Shown here: piece after piece, positions 9,805 to 18,013 of the stretch | Numbering within the stretch: the stretch's first letter is position 1 | Layout of the letters: each line of letters begins with the position of its first letter | Origin: an uncultured Gammaproteobacteria bacterium | GTDB taxonomy: Bacteria; Patescibacteriota; Microgenomatia; Levybacterales; UBA12049 | NCBI GenBank assembly: GCA_964408485.1 | Contig: CAYOZJ010000002.1 | Coordinates: forward strand, 5,235 to 69,234 | Reading direction: 5' to 3' | Length of the DNA: 64,000 nucleotides | The notes under the pieces: model-generated | Told to the model about the DNA's origin: nothing | What the model saw: only the letters and a program-made list of their open reading frames with translations | Databases searched by the model: none | Made by a program: the position numbers and the translations under genes

Positions 9805-9833
9805 AGTATAGCTTTTAAGAAAATGGCTGTCAA
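9805..9833 (-). promoter_or_regulatory. Sigma70 promoter for the T-box leader
   Basis: TTGACA (9833-9828), 17-bp spacer, TATACT (9810-9805). Confidence 0.8.
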
Positions 9834-9835
9834 AC

Positions 9836-10348
9836 TCATAAAAATTCAAGTTTTTTCGCAGGTTCGTAATTAGGATCAATTCGTAACGCCTTACCTAAGT
9901 ATTCTTTTTCTTTCCCTCTATCCCCTAATCGATATGCCAAAACAGCAGCCTGAAAATATGCGTCCCTATATCCTGGATATTTTTGCGCAACACTTTCCCA
10001 TGTCTGCATTTGGCTATTTAATGTCTGTCTTTGTGCTACAACCTGCCGCAAATCATTACTTTTTTCAATTAAACCAATTATCTGCCAGAGCGAGACAACC
10101 CCAAGAATACTAATAAAGGCAATAAGAAGAATGGTCTTTGGAGAAAAGGTAAGATTTGATAAGGATTCGGGAATGTTACGGGGAATATTCGGTAATTTAA
10201 TCTTCTTAGACTGCTCTTTTGGAAAAGGCTGCACATTTGTTTCCTCTACTAAAATAACTTGAGCTCGTTTAATATATTTTCCCCGAGGTTTTCCCGACTT
10301 TTTACCGACCCTTTCATTATTCTTGGTAAAGAAGCGCTTTTTAGCCAT
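9836..10348 (-). CDS. Membrane-anchored TPR-like protein
   Basis: Basic N-terminus, one TM helix, coiled coil, TPR-like W…YP.YRDAY…A…A…DPN. Confidence 0.7.
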   Translation of the reverse strand: MAKKRFFTKNNERVGKKSGKPRGKYIKRAQVILVEETNVQPFPKEQSKKIKLPNIPRNIPESLSNLTFSPKTILLIAFISILGVVSLWQIIGLIEKSNDLRQVVAQRQTLNSQMQTWESVAQKYPGYRDAYFQAAVLAYRLGDRGKEKEYLGKALRIDPNYEPAKKLEFL

Positions 10349-10357
10349 GAATCTATT

Positions 10358-12628
10358 CTATGCTTTTGGCCAAGAAGTGACAATAAGAGGCTTATCTGAT
10401 ACTTTCATTTGGGAATAAATCTCCTCTGTTACAAACGGCATAAATGGGTGCAAGAGCTCTAAAATAGTTATATAGATATTCGCAAGTACTGTGTAGGAAT
10501 TCTCATCCACCCTTTCTTTTACTTCTTCTATGTACTTATCTGCAAATGTGTGCCAAGCAAATTCATAAAGCCTTTCTGCTGCTAAATTGAATTGATATTT
10601 TTCTAAATATTGAGTGATTTCTCGCACAAATGTTTTTGTCTCCTCAACCATATCTTTATCTGCCTGAGAAACAGCAAACGAACTTAATTCATGCAGCTCA
10701 ATTTTCTTTAGCTCTCCCATTCCTTCTGGTTTTTTCATTTCCAAAAATCTGGCCATATTCCACAGCTTATTGGTAAATTTTCGTGCAGCGTCAAGTTTTG
10801 CATAACTCATTGCCTGGTCATTTCCAAGTCCTGTCCCATATACCAAAGCAAATCGCACGCTATCTGCGCCATACTGATCGGCAACTTCCAACGGATTAAC
10901 AACATTTCCCTTTGATTTACTCATTTTCTTACCCAACGGATCATTTACGAGTCCGTGGAGCACAACATCTCGAAACGGAACGGTCTTTTTAAGTTTTTCT
11001 ATGTCTGTTTCGTGCTTACCGTTAGCAACATAAAGTCCAAGCAAAAGCATACGGGAAACCCATGCGCGCAAAATATCATATCCTGTCTCCATAACCGATG
11101 TTGGATAGAATTTTTCAAAATCTCCAGGCTTACTTGTTCTGAGCGTTACGTACGGCCATTGACCTGAAGAAAACCACGTGTCAAAGGTATCTGTTTCTGG
11201 TAAATACTGCTTACCCTTTTCTTTTTGATCTTCAAAAACAACTTTGGCTGTAATTGGCGCAACGATAGCCTGAAGTCCTGAAAGAATTTCCTCAAATGAA
11301 TGCCTCTCGAGTGCTTCCTCAAGCGTCCCTTTTGTGTGCCGTTTTTCTTTATTAATGAATGAAACAGTAAATTCTTTTGGAGAATGCACCTCATACCATA
11401 CAGGAATTTGAATTCCCCAGACATTTTGTCTAGAAATATTCCAGTCCCTAAGTCCGCCGTACCATTGCTTAAGTATTGTCACAAAATTCTGTGGATATAT
11501 TTTAACCAATCCACTATTTACTGCCTTTTCTGCATTCTCAATAAGTGGCTTTACTTTTACATACCATTGTTCAAGAGGAAGTGGTTCTAAAACAGTTTTA
11601 CATTTGTAACAAATCTTGATAACCATATGGTGCGGTTCTGTTTTTTCTAGAAGTTTTGCCTCCTCTAAGCGTTTAACAATTTCTGTTCGTGCTTGCTTTA
11701 CATAAAGCCCGTCTAAAATTCCCTTTGTATTTACCATTTTCCCATCGAATCCAATAATTGGCGGGTAGGATAATTTGTGTTTTTTTGCTATATCAAAATC
11801 ATTAAAATCATGAGCGGGAGTTACTTTTACTGCGCCCGATCCAAACTTAGGGTCCACATAATCATCTGCAATAATAGGAATCTCTCTTTCAACAAATGGT
11901 AAAATAACAGTTTTACCAACAAGTTTTTTGTATCTCTCGTCTGTTGGATTTACCATTACCGCTACATCTCCTACAAACGTTTCTGGGCGAGTAGTAGCAA
12001 TAGTAATAAATCCGCCATCTTTTAAAGGAAACTTTATGTAATACAAAACTCCTTCTCTTTCCTCACTTACTGCTTCCAGATCTGAAAAAGATGTTCCATC
12101 TCGTGTACAATAATTAACTAATCGATAATCGCGGTAAATAAGCCCATCGTTATACATTTTACGGAATGTATCCTTAACAATTTCAACAATATCTGGATCT
12201 AAAGTAAATTTTTCTCTACTCCAATCTAGTGAAAATCCAAGTCTTTTAAGTTGTTTTTGAATTCCTCCCCTATTTTCCTGTACATACTCCCAGATATGCT
12301 TAAAAAGTTCGTCGCGGGAAAAATCAAAGCGGGACTTTCCATCAAGTTGTAATTTTTTTTCATATACAAATTGTGTTTCTGTTCCTGCATGATCTGTGCC
12401 TGGCAACCAAAGTGCACTATCTCCAAGCATTCGATGGTAACGGATAAGAATATCTTCGACAACAAACATTGCATGACCAAAATGCAAATCTCCATTGGCA
12501 TTAGGAGGAGGAAGAATAATTGAATACGGTTTTCCATCAGGATTTGTCTCAGGCTGAAAGTATCCACCCTCTTCCCAATTTTTATAGATTTTTTCCTCTA
12601 CTAATGTATGGTCATATACTTTTTCCAT
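10358..12628 (-). CDS. valS: Valine--tRNA ligase (no C-terminal coiled coil)
   Basis: PPPNANG.LHFGHA, PGTDHAG, ATTRPET, DW.ISRQ, DTWFSS, KMSKS; start taken at ATG 12628. Confidence 0.97.
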   Translation of the reverse strand: MEKVYDHTLVEEKIYKNWEEGGYFQPETNPDGKPYSIILPPPNANGDLHFGHAMFVVEDILIRYHRMLGDSALWLPGTDHAGTETQFVYEKKLQLDGKSRFDFSRDELFKHIWEYVQENRGGIQKQLKRLGFSLDWSREKFTLDPDIVEIVKDTFRKMYNDGLIYRDYRLVNYCTRDGTSFSDLEAVSEEREGVLYYIKFPLKDGGFITIATTRPETFVGDVAVMVNPTDERYKKLVGKTVILPFVEREIPIIADDYVDPKFGSGAVKVTPAHDFNDFDIAKKHKLSYPPIIGFDGKMVNTKGILDGLYVKQARTEIVKRLEEAKLLEKTEPHHMVIKICYKCKTVLEPLPLEQWYVKVKPLIENAEKAVNSGLVKIYPQNFVTILKQWYGGLRDWNISRQNVWGIQIPVWYEVHSPKEFTVSFINKEKRHTKGTLEEALERHSFEEILSGLQAIVAPITAKVVFEDQKEKGKQYLPETDTFDTWFSSGQWPYVTLRTSKPGDFEKFYPTSVMETGYDILRAWVSRMLLLGLYVANGKHETDIEKLKKTVPFRDVVLHGLVNDPLGKKMSKSKGNVVNPLEVADQYGADSVRFALVYGTGLGNDQAMSYAKLDAARKFTNKLWNMARFLEMKKPEGMGELKKIELHELSSFAVSQADKDMVEETKTFVREITQYLEKYQFNLAAERLYEFAWHTFADKYIEEVKERVDENSYTVLANIYITILELLHPFMPFVTEEIYSQMKVSDKPLIVTSWPKA

Positions 12629-12651
12629 ATTTTTATTATATCCCAAAAATG

Positions 12652-12696
12652 AAAAAACCGCCTAGGAGGCGGTTGTACATGATGTAACCGCCTTCC
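12652..12696 (-). terminator. Attenuator: alternative terminator and antiterminator upstream of valS
   Basis: Minus strand GGAAGGCGGTT(A)…AACCGCCTCC(B)TAGGCGGTT(C)TTTT; A:B and B:C pairings are mutually exclusive. Confidence 0.88.
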
Positions 12697-12735
12697 CTAA
12701 GAAGCAACGACTACAACGACAACTTGTTTTATCAT
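12697..12735 (-). CDS. valS leader peptide MIKQVVVVVVAS
   Basis: ATG ATA AAA CAA GTT GTC GTT GTA GTC GTT GCT TCT TAG; six consecutive Val codons; TATAAT 6 nt upstream. Confidence 0.88.
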   Translation of the reverse strand: MIKQVVVVVVAS

Positions 12736-12762
12736 ACATGCATTATACTTCAAAAGAAGTTT

Positions 12763-14064
12763 TTAAACAATTAACTTATATCCTCTGGTCCTTACAGTCA
12801 CAATTTCCATATTCCCCATTTTCTTTAATTTCCCCCTAACCCGTGCAACAAGCCTATCTACAGACCAGTCAGAAACACCGTACTCTTTATATTCCGGCCA
12901 CACAATTTCAACAATTTTTTCTCTATCTACTACTTGGTTAGGAAATTTCTTTAGGAGTTCAAAAAGCATATGCTCTTTTTTACTAAATTCAATCACACTC
13001 TCATCAAGACGTTTCTTTCCGCTTCCTTCAACAAAAAGTTCAAACAATGGACTAAAAAGTCTTACTCTCCCCTTTTCCTCCATGACAAATCCTGTATTCC
13101 ACAGATACTTTCCAGCTTCTCTTTCTGCCTCACTAATCTTTCTTTCTTCATATACCTTTTTGGCAATATCCTGCTCCTGACGAGTCAAGCTTTCCCATAA
13201 TTCCTCTGACTGAAGTGCCACCCGCTCATCTGCCTCTATTGCCGCAACAACATCTTCCTCCAAAAGTATCTTTTTCTTGAGTGACAGTTCATGCAACACA
13301 ACAAGAGATAACTGCAGATACTGCGCGTGGCCTCCAGACAGATCGATAATAAGCTGTCTCAGAGGCAATGGAACAGAAAGATCATACTTGTCTGCAAGTG
13401 TTGTAAAAAGAGTATCCATGTCTCTTGTCTCTGCAGGATGCAGATACATGGTTGTAGCAAAAGAGGACATATTTTGCTTTGGGAAAGTGTCTGGCGCAAG
13501 CACATCAAGTTCTCTATAAGAAGTAAAGACATACGAAAGTTTTTGATTTGTTGCGTCCTGCAATGCATGGAGATTGTTTAGAAATCCAGGATTTACTGCA
13601 TCTTTAAGGCGATCAAATCGAAGAAGAAAAATAGTAGGATAAATTTGTGCCTTAACAAGCTCAGCGAGAGACTCTCGTACGCCGTCGAATGTTAGAAATG
13701 CATCTCCTGACTGAATGCTTGCAACAAAGAGGTCGTTAATTTTTTGTTTTATTTTTGTATCCAGAAGTGTATTTTCTACTGCATCAACTAGTCGCTTAAA
13801 GGTGAGTCGCCAAAAAGGAAAGATTTCTCGTTCTATCAAATTGTTCAAGTCAACGGGAATAAAAAGATTTTTTCCATCTTGTGGCAAATAGAGCCTTCGA
13901 ATGTCTTTGTGGTAAAGGAAAAACCTGAGAAAATTACTAATGCCAACTCGCTTCATACCCAACAACTGCACGCTTTGTCTGTGTTGAATATGTGTCCCTA
14001 AAACTTTTGCGTCTTTCTCGCGAAAAAGTAATGGGTACTGCATTTCTGTGACATTTGCTTCCAT
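12763..14064 (-). CDS. Degenerate P-loop NTPase plus C-terminal OmpR/PhoB-type winged-helix regulator (paralog 1)
   Basis: C-terminal FS.KE..LF.LL…VVDRE.IVE.VW…SVDRLVARVR.KL…TVRTRGY; Walker A decayed (GMKRVGISN). Confidence 0.82.
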   Translation of the reverse strand: MEANVTEMQYPLLFREKDAKVLGTHIQHRQSVQLLGMKRVGISNFLRFFLYHKDIRRLYLPQDGKNLFIPVDLNNLIEREIFPFWRLTFKRLVDAVENTLLDTKIKQKINDLFVASIQSGDAFLTFDGVRESLAELVKAQIYPTIFLLRFDRLKDAVNPGFLNNLHALQDATNQKLSYVFTSYRELDVLAPDTFPKQNMSSFATTMYLHPAETRDMDTLFTTLADKYDLSVPLPLRQLIIDLSGGHAQYLQLSLVVLHELSLKKKILLEEDVVAAIEADERVALQSEELWESLTRQEQDIAKKVYEERKISEAEREAGKYLWNTGFVMEEKGRVRLFSPLFELFVEGSGKKRLDESVIEFSKKEHMLFELLKKFPNQVVDREKIVEIVWPEYKEYGVSDWSVDRLVARVRGKLKKMGNMEIVTVRTRGYKLIV

Positions 14065-14177
14065 GTTGGGGCTATTATAGCTTTTTTACCTTTTATTTAC
14101 CAATTTGCTTTGTCTGGGAAAAGTCAGAACACTTATCTTGTCAGACTTATTGAATTCAACTATACTGACACTACTCT

Positions 14178-15206
14178 ATGCCTAACGATAATCTCCTAAC
14201 CACAGTAAAACAGCTTCTCTCACCCGGAAAAGGTCTTCTTGCAGCCGATGAAACAGTAAAAACAACTGACAAGCGCTTTGCGCTTATTCAGTTGGAAAAC
14301 AATGACGTCACGAGGCGAGAATTTCGAGAAATGCTCCTTACCGCAAAAGGTTTGGAACAGTATATTAGCGGCGTTATTCTATTCGATGGAACGATACGTG
14401 ACTCCGTGGATGGAAAATCATTTGTTGATATTCTTAAAGAAGAAAAAATTTTGTCGGGAATAAAGGTCGATCAAGGCCTCTCGCCTACTCCAAATGGTGA
14501 AAATGTAACACTAGGAATTGCAGACCTCGATGCCCGACTAAAAGAATATGTGAGGCTAGGGGCAACGTTTTGCAAATGGCGCTCTCTTTTTCTTGTAGGC
14601 AGCGCAACGCTAACCCCGATTAAATCGGGGCCAACAGACGAGAACATACTAACCAATGCACAAGGAATGACCCAATATGCACTTCTTTGCCAGCAAAATG
14701 GTCTTGTACCAATTGTTGAACCAGAAATTCTTATGGATGGAGACCATACGCGGGAAGAAGCTGGAGCAGTAAGCGAAAAAGTATTAACAGTACTTTTTAA
14801 TGAGTTGGCGAAAGAAAATGTCTACCTTCCAGGACTTATTCTTAAAACAAGTATGGTACTTAAAGGAAAAGAGTCTACACAACCGGAGACTTCTCAAGAT
14901 ATTGCTCAAGCAACTCTTGAGGTATTTAAAAAAGTTTTGCCAAATAATTTGGGTGGTGTTGTTTTCTTGTCCGGCGGACAAAGTGAATTACAAGCAACAG
15001 AAAATCTACAGGCAATTCGTACACTTGACTCTCTTCTCTTCCCCGTTACCTTTTCCTACTCACGCGCCTTGGAAGAAGGTGCCATAAAAGTCTGGCAAGG
15101 AAAACGGGAAAATATCCCCACAGCACAAGCAGTACTCCTTCACCGCGCAGAAATGAATAGCCTTGCATCGTTGGGTAAATACACTCCAGATTTAGAAAAT
15201 AACTAA
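14178..15206 (+). CDS. fba: Fructose-bisphosphate aldolase, class I (eukaryote-like)
   Basis: GKGLLAADE, GIKVD.G, F.KWR, GLVPIVEPE, LK..MV, FLSGGQSE, FSYSRAL. Confidence 0.95.
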   Translation: MPNDNLLTTVKQLLSPGKGLLAADETVKTTDKRFALIQLENNDVTRREFREMLLTAKGLEQYISGVILFDGTIRDSVDGKSFVDILKEEKILSGIKVDQGLSPTPNGENVTLGIADLDARLKEYVRLGATFCKWRSLFLVGSATLTPIKSGPTDENILTNAQGMTQYALLCQQNGLVPIVEPEILMDGDHTREEAGAVSEKVLTVLFNELAKENVYLPGLILKTSMVLKGKESTQPETSQDIAQATLEVFKKVLPNNLGGVVFLSGGQSELQATENLQAIRTLDSLLFPVTFSYSRALEEGAIKVWQGKRENIPTAQAVLLHRAEMNSLASLGKYTPDLENN

Positions 15207-15224
15207 ACATGCTATAATGCGCAT

Positions 15225-16418
15225 ATGATCGCACATGGACTAAATATTCCAACAATTGAAGATGAACCAATTATTGGTAAAACAGTTTTGGTCAGGGTTG
15301 ATTTTGATGTTTCCTTTAAATCACTCCATAAAATAGCCGACGATACGCGTCTTCGAGAGTCCTTAGCAACCATTCTCTATTTACTCAAACACCGCAACAA
15401 GTTAATTCTTGTCTCAAAACTCAATAGACCTGAGAAGCGGGATAAAGATCATTCTATGCACTTAGTTGCAGCACGCCTTAAGCACTATCTTCCGTTACAT
15501 AAAATTACTGTTGTTGATGATTTTTTGGATCCAAAAGAAAAATCTATTTTTGAAAAACAACAACCTCATGAAGTGTTACTTTTGGAAAACATTCGGTTTT
15601 ATAAAGGTGAGAAAGAAAATGACCAAGATTTTGCCAAAAAATTAGCGTCTCTTGCAGATGTCTATGTTGTTGACGCGTTTGCCATGATGCATAGAAAAGA
15701 AGCAAGTATCGTCAGTGTCCCAAAATATCTTCCCAGTTTTGCAGGACTCCTCTTGGCAAAAGAAGTTGCATCAATTGCAAAAGTCTTAAAGCACCCAGAA
15801 AAACCATTTATTGCAATTGTTGGAGGAGCAAAGATTCCAGATAAACTAGCGTTTTTAAGTAAGCTTATTCAAATTGCAGACTACTTACTTATTGGCGGAG
15901 GGATTGCTAACACATTTCTTTTCGCAAAAGAAGTTGAAATCGGAGAAAGTTTAGTGGATAAAACACAAGTAGAGCAAGTAAAAAAACTTATTGCATTGGC
16001 CAAAAAAGAGAAAACAGAGATTGTTTTGCCAACAGATTTTATTGGTGTTAAAAAAGGGAAAAAGGACGAGCGCGCTGAAAAAGCAGACGATATATCCAAG
16101 GACTTTGAAATTTATGATATCGGTCCTGAAACGTGGGCTCTTTTTGGCAACATAATTAGCAAAGCAAAAACAATTGTGTGGAATGGTCCGATGGGAAAAA
16201 TTGAAGAGGAACGATTTGCTCGCGGTACTGATTTCGTCTATTACTCTATTGCTGACAATGATCAAGCATATTCATTAGTTGGTGGAGGTGATACATTGGC
16301 TGCAATTTCTAAAGAAGAATATTTAGATAAAATAACACATATCTCAACCGGCGGCGGCGCAATGCTCGAATTTATAGAAAATGGAACCCTTCCAGGGTTA
16401 CAAGCCCTCAAAAAATAA
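15225..16418 (+). CDS. pgk: Phosphoglycerate kinase
   Basis: VRVDFDV, LLENIRF, GGAK..DK, GGG.ANTF, WNGPMG, GGGDT, HISTGGGA.LE. Confidence 0.96.
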   Translation: MIAHGLNIPTIEDEPIIGKTVLVRVDFDVSFKSLHKIADDTRLRESLATILYLLKHRNKLILVSKLNRPEKRDKDHSMHLVAARLKHYLPLHKITVVDDFLDPKEKSIFEKQQPHEVLLLENIRFYKGEKENDQDFAKKLASLADVYVVDAFAMMHRKEASIVSVPKYLPSFAGLLLAKEVASIAKVLKHPEKPFIAIVGGAKIPDKLAFLSKLIQIADYLLIGGGIANTFLFAKEVEIGESLVDKTQVEQVKKLIALAKKEKTEIVLPTDFIGVKKGKKDERAEKADDISKDFEIYDIGPETWALFGNIISKAKTIVWNGPMGKIEEERFARGTDFVYYSIADNDQAYSLVGGGDTLAAISKEEYLDKITHISTGGGAMLEFIENGTLPGLQALKK

Positions 16419-16438
16419 TCCTCTGCTATAATAGCTTT

Positions 16439-17140
16439 ATGGCAACAAAAGAACATGCACAGCAAATATTTGCTGCATTAAAATCCCACTACCCTCATGC
16501 AACAATGATACTTACCTGGGAAAATAATTTTGAACTTCTCGTTGCCATTATTCTCTCTGCACAATGTACTGACGTCAAGGTAAATGAGGTAACGACAAGA
16601 ATCTTTCCAAAATACAAAAAAGAATTTTCCAACTTTGCATCACATTACGCCAACTATACACGAATTGACTTACCAAAAGAACAAATTACAGAACTCGTTA
16701 ATTTCGCGCATGTCCCCTTAGCAGAACTCGAACAAGATATTAAATCAACAGGCTTTTATCACAACAAAGCAAAATCAGTGCAAAATGCAGCAAAGAAAGT
16801 TTTAGAAACTTTTAATGGCATTCTTCCTCGCTCTATTGCCGAGCTAACAACAATTCCTGGTGTTGGTCGAAAAACAGCAAATGTTTTCTTAACTAATGCC
16901 TACCACATCGATGAAGGCATTGCCGTTGACACTCATGTTATAAAGCAATCTCTTGCATTAGGTCTGACAAAAGAAAAGACTCCTGAAAAAATAGAACAAG
17001 ATTTAATGAACTTGTTTCCCAAGAGTCAATGGCACCAGCTTACTTATATGCTTATTGAACATGGAAGAAATATGAGAAAAAAACTTTCTGATAGAAAAGT
17101 TTGTGGAAAATCTGATTGTATCCTTTGTTCCAATAGATAA
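16439..17140 (+). CDS. nth: Endonuclease III (HhH-GPD glycosylase)
   Basis: LLVA.ILSAQCTD..VN, IPGVGRKTANV, AVDTHV. Confidence 0.92.
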   Translation: MATKEHAQQIFAALKSHYPHATMILTWENNFELLVAIILSAQCTDVKVNEVTTRIFPKYKKEFSNFASHYANYTRIDLPKEQITELVNFAHVPLAELEQDIKSTGFYHNKAKSVQNAAKKVLETFNGILPRSIAELTTIPGVGRKTANVFLTNAYHIDEGIAVDTHVIKQSLALGLTKEKTPEKIEQDLMNLFPKSQWHQLTYMLIEHGRNMRKKLSDRKVCGKSDCILCSNR

Positions 17141-17142
17141 CC

Positions 17143-17218
17143 ATTGCTATATTCTTAAATTATTATATTGCTAAACATTATGAGAAATAATAATTCAACA
17201 ATTCAACAATTTAGCAAT
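17143..17218. repeat. Inverted arrays of degenerate octamers enclosing a start codon
   Basis: attgctat attcttaa attattat attgctaa (17143-17174) faces ataataat tcaacaat tcaacaat ttagcaat (17187-17218). Confidence 0.65.
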
Positions 17219-18013
17219 CAAGTCTTACCTCTATTCTTAACTGCTATTACCTGCCTTGGTCTTATTCTTCTTTTGCTTAGTTTTATCTATGTACTAAATC
17301 TCTTTCCTCTTGCGGACAAAATTATTCTACAACTTCGCATTGCTGATATTCTTGTTGGACTGACAATTTATCTAAAGACTTCAGTTGATTTTGCCTTATT
17401 TATTGGTAATTTGATGAGCAAATATACAGGCGTAAAAAATCGTATTGCAATAGAAATAGGGACAGCTGTGGGTAACGCGCTGGGAACAATTTTTGTCTTA
17501 ACGATTTGGACGTTTTTTAAAGAAGTGCCAATTCTTATGATTATTATGATTTTACTTGCATCACTTGTCTTGTTTACACTTGCTGAGGAGGGACTTGAAG
17601 AATTTGTAACTCTCCACCCCAAAACATTATTTGCCAAACTACTATACCTACTTAAACGTTTTAATAGACTCTTCTCCCCTGTTTTAAAATTTATTATTCC
17701 TCACGCAACAACAGATACCAAGCTTCACAAGACATTTCTATCACTTTTATTATTTTCCTTAAGCATTCCTCTTATTTTAGGGTTGGATGATTTTGCCGGA
17801 TATATTCCGCTTTTTAATATTGTTAATGTGTTTGGATTTGCCGTTGGCGTATTTGTCGGACATATGATTTTAAATTTGGCACTTTTTGCATCTCCTCGTA
17901 TAACAATAAAGATTGTTAAACAACCAGTTATTGCACTTTTGGGAAGTTTTGCATTTATTGGCATTGCTCTATGGGGAGTATGTGAGGCAATAAAAATTCT
18001 TCAAACACTCTAG
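17180..18013 (+). CDS. Multi-pass membrane protein, CadD/LysE-superfamily-like
   Basis: About 7 TM helices; KTSVDF and GLDDFAGYIPLF resemble CadD motifs. Confidence 0.6.
   Translation: MRNNNSTIQQFSNQVLPLFLTAITCLGLILLLLSFIYVLNLFPLADKIILQLRIADILVGLTIYLKTSVDFALFIGNLMSKYTGVKNRIAIEIGTAVGNALGTIFVLTIWTFFKEVPILMIIMILLASLVLFTLAEEGLEEFVTLHPKTLFAKLLYLLKRFNRLFSPVLKFIIPHATTDTKLHKTFLSLLLFSLSIPLILGLDDFAGYIPLFNIVNVFGFAVGVFVGHMILNLALFASPRITIKIVKQPVIALLGSFAFIGIALWGVCEAIKILQTL

Noticed and set aside
14111-14146. GTCAGA/GTCTG repeats upstream of fba as an operator
   Set aside because: Spacing is inconsistent (11 then 17 bp); insufficient support.
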